Positions 39,701 to 52,221 are shown, counted from the whole stretch's first letter. The stretch is 63,985 bases of DNA, filler included, from Choristocarpus tenellus KU-1152 (GCA_964200185.2; 7 parts of 7 records of this genome joined end to end with filler, not necessarily neighbours in it), one strand, 5' to 3'. Numbers and translations are program-made. Notes: generated from the sequence alone by a model not told the origin.

Positions 39701-42700
39701 CATTTCCTCTCCTGATTGTCATCTGTATTGTGCACTTGCAGTATATCCCCCTCTCTTGTTCAATTTTAATCACGGTTTTTCAAGCTGTGAGAGAGCAGAA
39801 TAATACAACCCACTAATCCAAAAACAACACTGAAGGGCAACAATGAAATGGCTATTAAGTACAAACATCAGTTTCGTCCCTTGGCAATGATTGGGCCAAC
39901 GTGTACAGTGTAGACTGTTTGTTATTCCTCATAAAAGTTCAGACTTGATCAGATGCCCTTCTGCGAAGAGATTTCTGATTTGATGGCAGTGATCTGAAAG
40001 TCCCAGTTCAAGCTAACATTGTGAGTGAGGTTTTCACTATTACGTGTACCCCTCATGAAAATACCCCCGCCTGGAATGTTTGCTGCATTGACTTTGTTGA
40101 TACCATGATATCATTATTTTTCATCACTTCCATGTTTGAAGGTCATCTGTGGCGGATCTTGGGATGAGCGCGCAGCAGCAGTGCTTGCTCTACTTGATGC
40201 CAAAGATGACGGATCCATTATACAGCAAGACATGTACCTGTGTCTGTCAGCAATGTTCAAGGTCAGATATGCTATACCAGGAGTTGATACTTTGTTCACT
40301 GATACTTGTAACTATTTACCTCTTTCTGTCGGTGACTTCTCTCACTGCTTCAGGGTTAGGGTTACCTTGTATTCTTTCACTGTTGTTTTCATTATGGAAC
40401 CCACGATATGGATGTTGTACTTCTGAGAATGTCTTGCTTGTTGAAGCACCTCAAGGGTGAGTGATGAGCTTATGTGGGTAGTACTTGGAGCTTTTGGGAG
40501 TGCTCTAGGTGGGGAAAAGGGCTAGGAAAAATTACACTATTTTTGCCTCTCAAATCTTACACTCAATATTACAGGGTGAGAATCAAGGATGTTGGGTCAC
40601 CTGTTGGGTCACATGTGATGAGAAAGGGGAGGAGGAAGCACAATGTGTGTTTTGAAGAGGCAGTAGGAAAGTAAAGAACAATATATTTTCATGTTTCCCC
40701 CCCCCCCCCCCCCCCTCTCCTCCCTTCCCCCTTTGGGAAAGATTGGTTTTTTTTTGCTTTTTTGGGGGGAGCGAAACCACAACATGTTGGATTGAAAACA
40801 AAGGCCTTCACCAGGCCATGGTCAATGGTGATAAGGGACTCTATTTAGTCTGTATTGGGCACTCTCTAGCTTCTGTCCTTTATGTACAAAAACCGGTAAG
40901 TATAAACATATCATGGCCTACATACACCCTTGACTGCAAATGTGGTGAAATTGCTCTGAATACTAACTAGATTGGCTGCATGTATGTTCATGCGAAATAT
41001 ACAAGGACACGCCTATTGTAAATTCTCAGGATGTGGTCCTATATTTGCAACATTTTTTTTGTTCACAGGTTCTATGTAGTTGCCGGGATAGTGAGATGTC
41101 AAGGGTTGCTCGAGAGGGAGACAGCACGCCTCCCTCCAACCACAAGGATGTGGGAAGCACTGGGCATATGGAGGATACAAATGGTAAGGGCAAGGAAAAT
41201 TTTGCACAGTGGTTGTCTAGAGCTATAAGTATGTCCAAATTTGCGGAGAAGGTGTCACAATCTTTGAGGGAATGGGATAGCTGGACACGGATTGGAGAGG
41301 ATACAGATGGGCAGGAGAATGGGGTACTCACCATGAGTCAACTTCCAGAGGTGATCCATTTGTTGTTTTGCATGAGATCAGCCACATGTACTTCTACTCA
41401 CTGGATTATATATGTATGGACTTTGCTTTGAAAGAGTTGAAAGAGTTGAAAGAGGTGTGCTTCCACCATAGAAGGGGCACACACAGCATGGTCACACGAT
41501 TCTAACTGTATTTATAACTAGGGATGTTGATGCATACTTGGAAAAGTCGAGCTCTTTGTCTCAGTATCTTCCTGGAGTATTTTATTCTCTTGGCTTGCTG
41601 TCCAGCTTCACACCATGATTTGTTACCTTTTCTTAACATGCATGTACTATCTTTCTATCTATTTCTGTCCCAATGTGATGCAGTGGGTGGGGGCAACAGA
41701 TACTGTGTCAAGAGATGTAGTGTCCAGAGATATTGTATCAAGAGATATTGTGTCAAGAGATGTAGTGTCAGGAGATGTAGTGTCCAGTTTGGAGCGTATA
41801 AGGGGTTTGTCAAGACTTGGCAGTTTGTCTGTGAATGAGGCACTTGGTGTCTTAAGTGGGGCTTCAGATGATCACGGTTTTGTGTACAAGGAGGCGTTCT
41901 ACAGCTGCTTGCACCAACTGCACCGCATTACGCTACAACAAGCCCAAGCAGAAGGGAGGGCTGAGCACGCAAGCTTAGTAGGCTGGGAAGAGCAGGCTAC
42001 GATAGAGGTGGAATCAGCTTGTGAGCTTCTGTTCAATGCGCTGGATACTGACAGGACAGGGAAGGTGGACTTTTGTGACCTTGGATGTGGATTGTCGGTG
42101 AGTTGGTCTGTTTTTGAGTTGGACTTGACAACAGTGTGACAACTTGCTTTCAGTTCTGACTACATGCAGAATGTTTAAAAGAGTTAAACAATCTACCTAC
42201 ACAGAGTTTACTGTAATCTTCTTGAGCTCTTAACAACATGAATAGGGAGTTATCCAAATTGGGGGAGACTGTTATGAGTGGATCTTGACGTTGGTTTGAG
42301 TTTTTCATGTGTTGTGCTTTCCTCTTTTCTCTTTTCTTAATTTTATTTTTATTTTTTTCTTCTTCTGCTATGCACCACCTTATTTGTACCACAGGGTTGA
42401 GACCCCTGACACTATTGCAAGATAATAATAATAGTAACAACAATTATGAATATCCATGGTAACCCCCAGTTTCAAATGGAACTGGCCTCAGCGTCCCCTC
42501 CCCTAGTAGGTTGTCGTTGCGAATTGTAAGTGTATTTGATGTTGTGGGCATCTTGTTTGTTGTTGGACCTATCCTCCATAACGTCCAGCACAATGCCGGT
42601 TCAACATTGGTGTACAGGTGCTGTGTGGGGGAAGCAGAGATGACAATGTGGAAGCTGCATTTGGACTGTTTGACACTGATAGGGATGGGTATATGACTGT

Positions 42701-45700
42701 TCATGAGCTTGAGAGATACCTCACAACAGTGTACCGCAGCTTGTATGCATTGAGACCTGGACTTCATATTGATGTGAGCTTGGATGTGTTCTTCTGAACA
42801 CTGGGAAAGTGGCAAGTGAAACATGGAAGACTTGTTGGCTCACGTCTGCCTCTACACTAAGGGTTTCAGAGTTGTTAGAAACATGGTTATGACATGGCAC
42901 ACAGAAAGTGGATTAATGCTGTCAGGACTCAAAGGTTTTCATAGTTCACCCCATCAACACATTCTTCAATTCAAAGTGTTGATTGCTAGAGGTGTAAGTA
43001 CCAGAGTTACAGTGTGTTTGCAGGGTGAAAAGATTGGCAAGTTCTTGTTGGAAGGATATTGTGTCATCCCAGATGCTGCAAATATCATCGACACTGCCCT
43101 CACAGTCAGTATGTGTATCAGATTATTCAATGGGTTCTGTGTAAGATTGTAGCATCAATATTATCGCAAGCAAGTTATTCCTGTCTTGTGATACCTTCTC
43201 TTTCAGACTCTTTATTCTCAGATGCATACTAAGTGGGCACAAGTGCAGTACTTGTCCTCCATGGAGTGCATGTAATATAGATAGTAGTAGTGCTATTGAT
43301 TTGACCCCTATTACCTGTGCAATGCTTCAGGTTGGCGCTCCCCCTGAGGTGTTGGGTAGAATAACTGCAACCCGGGCCATGCAAGAGGCACGCACTGAGC
43401 AGAATGGCCACATATCGGTTGAAGAGTTGAAGATGTGGTATTTGTCAAGCAGTGGACTTAGTGGAGCAAACAATGAGTGCACTGGTGGGGCAATGGTGCA
43501 ACATACTGGTCAAGGTGGGACAGTTTTGGAGGGGGTACTGGGCTGTTTGATAGATGTCGAGAAAACTACTAAGAGCTTGCAACATGCCAGGCAGCTGCTT
43601 CACCTGGATTGTGTCAGTGTGAATGATCTGCTGGAGATGTTTGCTGAGGTTTCAATGAAGGTATGTCCTTACAGGATTTGTGTGGTGTAGTTGCTTCATT
43701 CCAGGTCTGTCCCTTTTCATCACAATGTATGGCATGGGTCATGCTTTTACTGCTCTATGTTGAAGTTGCTATCATCCTTTTTGGACAATCATACAAGAAT
43801 TCATGTTGAGAATGCTGCTGATGGTCAAAGAGATTGCATGATTTTGTGCAGGGCAAGTTGTGTTTTTCACCCCTCTTCTTGACAATGATGCTCTATTCAT
43901 ATATAATTTGTGCTGCAGGGTACTCTTACCCTCTCTGACTTTAAGCGATGCATAGGCTATGTGCTGCAACTTGGTGGGGTGGAGAAGGGAGGAGTGGCAT
44001 GGAACAATGCAGCAGTCCTTGCCGAACGTATACACAAGGCGTTTGCAAATAGTGATGGAATTGCAGAATATGCTACAATTATTTGTGGTCTTTCCATTCT
44101 GTGCCCCTCTTCTATTGAGGAGAAGGTGAACTCAACTGGTGTGGTTTCCAATGTCTTTGGTACCCACCGCTCTTAGGAAAAGGATGAGTTCATAGTTTAT
44201 TTGATATTGGTATATTTAATAGTGTTTCAGCTTAGTCAGCAGTTCATTCTAAGAAGAAATTGTTGACAATATTTGTATGTTTAGTTGTGTCATTCAGTGT
44301 GTAGCATATACAATTCCGTTGACCTCCAATTTTTACTCAGCAAAATGTCCGAGTTTTCTTAATTAGTTGGCAGCCCACCATGCTATATGCTTCTCTTGAA
44401 AGTGTTACTAAAGGAAGATAGCGCTAAAAAAACTCAGAACCAGTTAATTGATATACTTGAGCTAGGGGTAGGTAGCGGTGCAATTTCAGGAAGTTTGGCA
44501 AAGGAAATAATTTTAGCTAATATTACTGCTGCTGAAGTAAGTGGTGAATCTATAAAGGTTGCTGAGTCTAATATTATAAAGTTCCAGGTACAAAACCAGG
44601 TTAGTATAGTAAAGAGTGATTGGTATGCATACTTAGAAAATGGCAAAAAATATGCATACCAAAACGAATTGATCGCATTCAAGTTGTTAGAAGTATACAT
44701 TTGCCAGCACTACATAGTAGTGATCACTGTTAGTGGTGGCTGTTTGACACAACAGAGTAGAAACTGGAGGGCATTTTCTGATTGATGAACATATTTCGTA
44801 AGGGACGATCTTATTTGCTGAAGAGTAAATCAGCACAAGTAGGAGTGGAAGAACAAGCGTTATGTTAGGGTATGTGAAACTTTTATCAATCAATAACTTT
44901 TGGGTTCGTACCAGTGCAAGGTGGTACCAATTAAGCAGGGAGTGTTGTCATCAGCTTGAGGTGAGTTGGAGTTGACCTCTTACACAGTACTTTGAGTACA
45001 ATCTTGTAAACTCGAACAAGGGCATTTCACAGCTTGTACTGCACTACGCAACATATATTATAACATTATATTGTTAATGTATGGAATGTGCCCTATTCAG
45101 ACTGTGATGTTACACCAGTCGACTCAACAGCTGACCATGTGCACCTTGTGTCTTCAAAATGTTGACACGATGTATTCTTGACACAAATCAGATACTTGTG
45201 GCTTTTGTGCTGTATGACAAGAATGGAGACAGCAAGGTGACATTTGATGAGACAGTCAAATGCATGTCAAGCGTTTTTCGGGTGCTGGATGCCATTGGGG
45301 AGAACAGGCTATGTGAGTGGACTAAGGGATGTGAACCCCAAGTGAAGCACAAGTAAGTTGTTTTCAAAATGGCATGACTACCAGTATTCATGCCTTTAGG
45401 ATGACAACTAGAACCTTTACAGTGACTAAGGTGAGCAGATAAATATTTGTGCTGCAATTGCTGCAATCTTCGCATATGAACTCCTCTGGTTGTGTTGACA
45501 TATTGCAGTGGTGGAGTGGTCAAGTGGTGACATCGATGAGCTTGCAACAGAAACAGCAGCACATTGTTACATGGAAGCAGGACTACCACGAGATGCAAAG
45601 CTGAGTCCCTTTGGTGAGCTGCCCCTCCTTTACTCCCTTACTGGCGATTCCTTCATTTTGACCTTCTAGGGCATGATACATGCAAATCACAGAGAATAGG

Positions 45701-45816
45701 ACCAACTGTAGGTTAGATAACTAACGCATTGTGCCTCATCCTGCTCTCCACTTCCGGACCTTCTATTGCCATGACCAGATTTTCAGAGGTTTGTCCAGCA
45801 GGCGACAGGATTGTAA
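33780..45816 (+). CDS. Large multi-EF-hand protein with about six tandem recoverin/NCS/calcineurin-B-like modules (>=21 exons, ~1300 aa; 5' end not found)
   Basis: Exons 33780-33925, 34044-34304, 34802-34975, (one unresolved junction), 35736-35853, 36026-36308, 36503-36645, 37329-37536, 37806-37853, 38001-38074, 38542-38671, 38931-39103, 39321-39672, 40142-40261, 41069-41350, 41684-42097, 42618-42773, 43331-43660, 43919-44125, 45192-45312, 45509-45613, 45779-45816 (TAA). EF loops include DKDGNGFVHATD, DVEGDGLVSYQQ, DTDRTGKVDFCD, DTDRDGYMTVHE and DKNGDSKVTFDE. Confidence 0.9.
34581..34692. repeat. 33-bp tandem repeat x3.3 (intronic)
   Basis: GTGCTAAATCAAGTGGATACTTTTTCAACTTGT repeated head to tail. 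Confidence 0.9.
41705..41787 (+). repeat. Coding 15-bp tandem repeat, (VSRDV/I) x5
   Basis: GTGTCAAGAGATGTA-like units in frame within exon 41684-42097. Confidence 0.85.
44400..44660 (+). pseudogene. prmC: Bacterial-type release-factor glutamine methyltransferase (PrmC/HemK) internal fragment inside an intron
   Basis: Translates IDILELGVGSGAISGSLAKEIILANITAAEVSGESIKVAESNIIKFQVQNQVSIVKSDWYAYLENGKKY: SAM motif I plus the HemK-typical SDW. It stops just before the expected D.IVSNPPY motif. Codons are strongly A/T-ending, unlike the host exons. Confidence 0.8.
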
Positions 45817-45861
45817 ATGGTGGTGACGCTCAAGATATTAGGTACAAGGGATGAAATATAA

Positions 45862-46892
45862 TCAGTCTTTCCATGTAAAGCATGCCACAGGCATTTCCTC
45901 AGGCTGCGGATCCACGTGAACGTATCGACAGACACCATCCAGCAGAACGAGTCGTAGACGTGACATAGCTACCATTCTTGCTGCAGCCACCGCAGACTTC
46001 TTTACGTTGCTTGAATCTTGACTATGGTCCTTCACCCCTCCTGCACCTATTCCATAGCCTTCGACCTGGCGTTTATCTGGTAATAAGGTGACTCGCACCT
46101 GTGTTTACAGGAGAGAGGATAGAAAGTGCGACTTAGTACAAAAATGTGAATCTCTCCAACTGTGTTGTTATATTCCAACTTTTTCCTACTGTCAAAGGGC
46201 GGATGTTCATTCCTTGGCAATCTTTTAACGCTTGCTCTCACATGCGCCACGTGCTCAATATCCGAACTGGGGGTGACATTTAGTGTATCAGTTGAGAAGC
46301 TGTCCTGCTCCCACATACCAATGAGCTCAGACATCCAACCATTGAACCCAAGAAAGCCATTGGCACAAACAATGCATTGCGCTGGAGAAAGGCTCCCTTG
46401 TGCCTTGCGTGACCTCCACTGTTTCCGCACACGGATCTCCTTTCCCAAAAGTTTACTTTTGTCCAGTGCTTTTAGGGCAGTGAGTGCATGGTGTTTCGAA
46501 AAGTAGGTGATGAGAGCAAAGGGCACCTTGTTCTCCTCCCAAGCAGTCGACTGGAACACCTTCAGGTCGCAAATGACACCGAAAATATCGAAATGCTTCC
46601 GGATATCGCACTCCATCACTTGAACATCAAGACCAACAGGCATGCCAGACACAGGAAAGAGATATGAGCATGGATTTCTTGTCAATGAAAATACCCTAAA
46701 TTTCCTCGTTGTGAGTGTCACTGTTGGTGACTATACTCTCTTCTCTAGTTGACTCGGGCATTATTGATCACATAATCCTCAAAGTAAACCATTTTGACCG
46801 AAATTGCTAAACGAACCTTCTTGAGGCAAACCACACACGACTAAAGAGCATTCGATATCGGGAAGATGGTTGAAAGACACCACTTCGTCCAT
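45862..46892 (-). CDS. RDM1: RAD52 motif-containing protein 1-like (RRM + Rad52/RD motif), 3 exons, 229 aa
   Basis: Exons 46892-46817, 46618-46242, 46098-45862, GT-AG and phase-consistent (690 nt). RRM: SLVVCGLPQEVMECDIRKHFDIFGVI..FALITY. RD motif: LSPAQCIVCANGFLGFNGWMSELI. C-terminal EGYGIG..KKSAVAAARMVAMSRLRLVLL. Confidence 0.85.
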
Positions 46893-48456
46893 CTTGGCCC
46901 AAGGCAAACACCATGCACACTAAAGCTCCTTTAGGTAGCTGCAATGCCGACCCAAAACTGGTATCTTCTCGACTATATGACTAATTCTACCAATTGACCT
47001 ACCTTGTTAGAGTGGTCTTTGAAGTGTACAGTGCTCGAACAGAGGCGTGTATTCGCGCGAAAAAGCAATCGAATACCACCCTCAATTCTCCATATCGATT
47101 CTTCTTCCCAATTCTATCGAATTATATTATTTTGTCCACCAAGTATTAACGTAAAAGTGATGGTAGTTGTAAATAAAAAAGAGATGTCTCTATAATCTAC
47201 CCTTTGAACAAATATGTACCACAAACTACACTCCCCAAGGTTGAAAGTTACATTGTTTTGTGTACGTTGCGGCTATACCTTCAACCTAGCTTAGGTCTAC
47301 TCAACTGGGCGAGGAACTAGGGAAGCATCCCGAGAATCTGACAGCCCCCTCCTTGCCCATCTGCCAAGTCGTAGCGGATTGAATCGCTACGATTTACCAT
47401 ACACACAACACCATTCTTCACCTACCTATTACAGTAGTACCATAGTCCTTTTATAGGCGATTTGTATCTCATTCTTTCCCACCAATTTTCTTTGTTCGAC
47501 CAAGTACTATTTCACAGGAATGTATCTTTTGTGCATTTATGTCAATGTTCTATTATATTACGCGTTTTATATGTAAGGGGATGATGAGTCCATCACCCCC
47601 TACACAGCTATTATTGATAGTAGTGATGGGTGTCAAACTCAGCTGTGAATTTTTTCTGTATAAAAAAAGTTGAAAGTCTCTTGATATTTGATATTTTTTG
47701 GTATTGGTTTGACATTAAAAGTTATGACCGAATTTCTCCCCCTCTCATCTCCATTCACCACCAGAAATGACGTATGCCCTATAAGGAATAACCTTCGAGC
47801 AGTTGTCATGCGAGTACAACAAGAAGTGGGTCAAGTGTGGAGAAAACGGTTGTTATTAGTATTAATTTCGGGCTATGTCACTGGTGGAGCCTGCAGTCAA
47901 TTTTGTGTCTGGGATGACACGAGCAAGGCAAATAAAAGCTAAAATAAGAGAAAAAACACACCACGCGCCACTCTACCCTAAGCCCATCCATGTAAATAGA
48001 TTACCTCCAGCCAAAGAGTTGGCAAAAACACTACACATTTGTCTCCATCAACACGATTTTGCTGCTACCTGCACCTTCCATACTTCGGTACAATACTCAT
48101 CCTCTGAAGGGCACAGCACCACAGTGTCGTCAACTACATCCTCACAGCTTTGGTTGGACTTGATAGTGACTCTATTGCCAGGAGAGGACACAATACAGTC
48201 AATGCTTCCATACCAGAAGTTACTCAACTCTCCAAAAATCTCCTGCTTTGCCTTCCACCGTTCGATGGGACCACCAAGCTTCTCATCCATGTCCGCATCA
48301 ACTGGTGGCATATACCATGTACTCCCTCTATCACATAAGTCTGTACCGTTACGCTAAAGCTTCGACATGACCTCCAATTACAAAAATTATTTTTGGTGGT
48401 GGATCCTTGGAATATTCTACATTAAACAGCAGATTCCCAAAATTGAGGATGAAGCG

Positions 48457-48556
48457 NNNNNNNNNNNNNNNNNNNNNNNNNNNNNNNNNNNNNNNNNNNN
48501 TTAATTAATTAANNNNNNNNNNNNNNNNNNNNNNNNNNNNNNNNNNNNNNNNNNNN
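48457..48556. other. Assembly spacer
   Basis: N44-TTAATTAATTAA-N44. Confidence 0.99.
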
Positions 48557-48794
48557 TCTAAGCTACTTTGGCTGCAACCATAATTCAATGTTGCGATTTT
48601 GATGTAATTTTGACTATCGTGTTTGTTAGGAAGTGTCAGTATCTTTGTTCTGGACACACCTTTTGATAACCCATACATTTTACCTACTCCTGAACATTTT
48701 AGAGTAGGAAAATGTTATAAAAAAATCCCATGAGAAGTCAAGCCCCAAATGGACAAACAGGGCAAAATTTGTGTCCTCTAAGATACTTTCACTC
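48557..48794 (-). mobile_element. MITE family A copy, apparently preceded by the end of a second nested copy
   Basis: Ends CCTCTAAGATACTTTCACTC; begins with TCTAAGCTACTTTGGCTG, another TIR end. Confidence 0.85.
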
Positions 48795-48801
48795 ATCACC
48801 T

Positions 48802-49475
48802 ATGAGCGATCTCGGCAAGTGGGGCTGACGTTCAGACACGAAAAAGAAAGAATCTGAACAAAAACGAGCGCCGAGCTGTGATTGATGAGCTGTTCAAAGG
48901 CAGCAACCAAGGGGTTCTCCGCCACAGCGAACTGACACGAGTTACCGACATGTTTGGTACCAAGCGCTGGAGCATCACCCGTGTGTGGAAGTCGTACGAG
49001 CAGCAGAAGGCGCAAGGTGAGCAGAATCTAGCTTGGTGAGTGGTCGCAAGGGGAAACCGGGCCGAAAGTCGCGCAACATAGCCCCACACATCGAGATGTT
49101 CAAGACGACCCCTCTCAAGATGCGAACCACGTAGCGCTCGATCGGTGCTGCTCTGGACTTGCCCCTCACCACGTTCCAGCGCCACATGAGCAGTCTCAGA
49201 TTGAAGGCTCACACGTCTCGACTGAAGTCGTTGCTGACTGTAGAGGGGAAGGTTACTAGGCTGTGATGAGTGATGCGGTGGGTTTGGAGTGGTGCGGCAG
49301 AATCTCAAGTTTCACAACTTCGAAAACTTCGTGCACCTCGACGAGAAATGGTTCTAGATGTGCAAGGATGGCCGGAAGTTCTACCTGTTTAATGAAGAGA
49401 AGCCTCCCCCGCGCAAGGTGCAGCACAAAAGTCACATCACCAAGGTGATGTTCTTGGCGGCAGTCGCGAGGCGCG
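48802..49475 (+). mobile_element. Tc1/mariner transposase pseudogene, N-terminal half (plant/oomycete DD39D-like group)
   Basis: HTH region (ERRAVIDELFKGS..SITRVWKSY..GRKGKPGRK) followed by FVHLDEKWF*..KVQHKSHITKVMFLAAVAR; contains stops and frameshifts. Confidence 0.88.
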
Positions 49476-50699
49476 GCCCAGGAGGAGCAACCATGGGACC
49501 TTCAACAACACCAACAAGCTACCGCACCTCAGCAAGCAGAGGCAGGAGTGCCTCGGGACGTTGGAGAGGCAGCTGTCATGCTCTCAGGAGGCGTGGCAGG
49601 CGGCCGAGGAGGCGCTGGCGGAGCTTGAGGCGATGGCGCAGGCGAGCAGGGGGGTGGGTCCCTCCTCTGGTGCCGGTGCTGGCTTGGCTGCGGGAGGTGG
49701 GGCGGGTGCGGGGGTGGGGGCAGGTCAGGGCGGGGCAGGGGGTCGTATGGCAGGGAAGGGGTTAGGGAAGGAGCCGTGGAAGGGGCCGGGGATAGGATGG
49801 GGGGGATGTAGCTGTATCTGCCTCGGGGTTTTTTGTGCAGAGTGTGAGGTTGTGTTGATTATGGGGGTGCTTGATGGTATGTAGGCGTTTCAATGCTGCT
49901 GTTCGATGCAGCTGTACGAAGGAAATTCGCCTCCTTGGCGCAAGCATTCTTGCCTTGCTTCTTTCTTGTTGTACTGGGACATCCGTGTGTATGCCCCAGG
50001 GCAATGAAACCAAAGACCGTTCATGCGAACATTCCAAGGGGATGGTAATTGACTGTCCCCTGGTCGCCAAACACAAATTGCCGTTAACCCTTGCCCCGCT
50101 CACAATTGTCACCACCATGTTTTCACTTTGTGCGAATGCGATCACCATCCCCAGTCGTGAAGCTGACGTTTTTTGTTCCACAAGCAGATGGTCTGTGCGG
50201 TACTCCATGTGGCACCCACGGCCGGCATACCCCAGGGACAGCATCCGAGCATCCCCGGTTCCAATCACAAAAAAAAGTGCCAAATATGCTCCCCGATACA
50301 TGTTCAGCACATGCCAATCATTATTTTGTGTTGGGATCATCCTCAATTGGCCAAAAGTACTTGTTAGTATCAAATATAGCTTATATTTCGGTTTTTCCTG
50401 ATGTGGCTTATATTATGGGTCAGAAGAAGTACACAATAATACTTCAACATCCGGTTTCAAAATATAGGGGAGCAATAAACCTTACCTCTATGTTGTGTGT
50501 TGAGTAGAGTTTTTCAGGATTTAATGTCGAACCAACTTCTCCGTTAGCTGGAAACCCTGGAGTGGTAGAAATATGGTTTGAAGCACCACAATTAATTGCT
50601 ACTACTCCCAGCTATATATTATTTTGCCCTCTTGACATATTGCAGATGATGTGTCAGGGAAAAACCAAAAATACGTCAAATTACGTTACAAGGACTACT

Positions 50700-51910
50700 G
50701 TAAATACAACAGTTATTGTCAATCCTCCCAAGCACTGCAATTATACTGCGAATAAAAAGATGAAGTACTGGAATATGCGGCCCTCCACGTTTTTACTTGA
50801 TCCTTGAGATGATCGTATAGGCATCATTCCTTGGCCCTTTATCCTCTCCTCCATACAGTTGTGTAGAGAGTGATGCTGAATCATATATACTGTGTTGGGA
50901 GTGAAAGTTTAATTCATCTCGATGTTTCGTGAGGAATCCACGGTCATCATATGTCCGTTCCTCGTGCAGAAGAAGGTATATATTTTTGTGAATTGGGAGA
51001 CTTCTGTCAGATGACACCATGCATTAAGATCGTGAAAGAAGCTTCGTGCTTGGTCGGAATTCTGAAAATATTTCCAGACACATTACATGTTCAAGACTAG
51101 GAAGGTACTCAACATCTTCTTCACGGTAGAAACCTTAAGGCCTCTCAGCACACAACAAGAGCAATTCCTGGATGAGCCGGTAACACATGTAGTGGGTGAT
51201 AGGGCGGTTGGGTGTCTTGGCAGAGGGAGTGCTGAAAGACACAGCTGAGACAGATTCGAACTAGGAACTCCTGGTGGTGGTTGGCTTGTTTGAATCCTAT
51301 CTTCAATTTTTCTCACTGGTGGTATATTTGTTACTATTTTTGTGTTATATTTGTTGCTGTACTTCAGCACACTACCGCTACTGCTGCTACTGCTTGTACA
51401 AGAAGCTATGTCTGAGAACACAGACCAACGTGCGGCTAGAGGGGAGCATAGCGTTTCACTACTTGCACACACACGTGAACATGCACATGCATGATGATAG
51501 TGACAGATTGTCCCATCTTTCTCTCCAAAATTCTCAAAATAAAGTGCGAGGGATTGATATGTGCAACATGCAATATATAGATAGGCAGAAATAAAAAACA
51601 ACATAGAACCTCTTCTACAACCTACAAAAATGGAGAATTACCTGAAGTACATATTTCTTACTCTTGGATTGTATGAAAGATGCGATAAAAATACTAACTA
51701 GGCAGGATCAAGGTTCATCGTGTAGCAAGGGTTGTAGGGCAATATGACCTGCCTGACGATGCAAAAAATATGGAGTAAGAAGGGCAAGTCACCCATTGAG
51801 CAGATGGGCTCTAATAGCTCGCCCAATCCAATGCAGTGTCCTCCCGAGTCCAACATTATTAATACAGGTCGTTCTTCTATTGTCCCTGCAAGCAGCAAAA
51901 TGTGCATGCC
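50700..51910 (-). mobile_element. Highly degenerate Ty3/Gypsy pol remnant (protease and RT start)
   Basis: AGTIEERPVLIMLDSGG (aspartic protease DSG), PPVRKIEDRIQT (LPPxRxIxHxI-like) and FCTRNGH (KTAFxTxxGHYE-like), in the expected order. Confidence 0.6.
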
Positions 51911-52138
51911 TTCATGAATACAAGCTCCTTACCTACCCCTTGAATATCGGCATCATTCCTCTTACATGCCATCCCTACGCAATAGATAGCTACATCCTCC
52001 TTAGTGCTTCATACAGTATTGTTAGCAGTGGTGATACTTATGACCAAGTGATTGTTGATATTAGTATCACCTTGTTATGAAATAGCTGACATTCACAAAT
52101 TTTGAAGTTGGAGTGCGAAATAATAGGGTAGTCTGTAT

Positions 52139-52159
52139 GTAATAGTAATAATAGTAATA

Positions 52160-52219
<60 letters not shown>
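52139..52219. repeat. (TAA)n / (TAATAG) microsatellite
   Basis: About 27 trinucleotide units. Confidence 0.97.

Positions 52220-52221
<2 letters not shown>

Noticed and set aside
44387-44785. Treating the 132-aa ORF as a functional methyltransferase or as an exon of the EF-hand gene
   Set aside because: It lacks the NPPY motif and N-domain, and the flanking exons join in phase without it.
47700-48456. ORFs 47875-48357 (+) and 48048-48311 (-)
   Set aside because: No recognisable domain or splice framework; probably TE debris.
49480-50400. GC-rich ORFs 49561-49884, 49762-50373 and 49871-50401
   Set aside because: Low-complexity or motif-free; a product cannot be assigned, though a gene fragment is not excluded.
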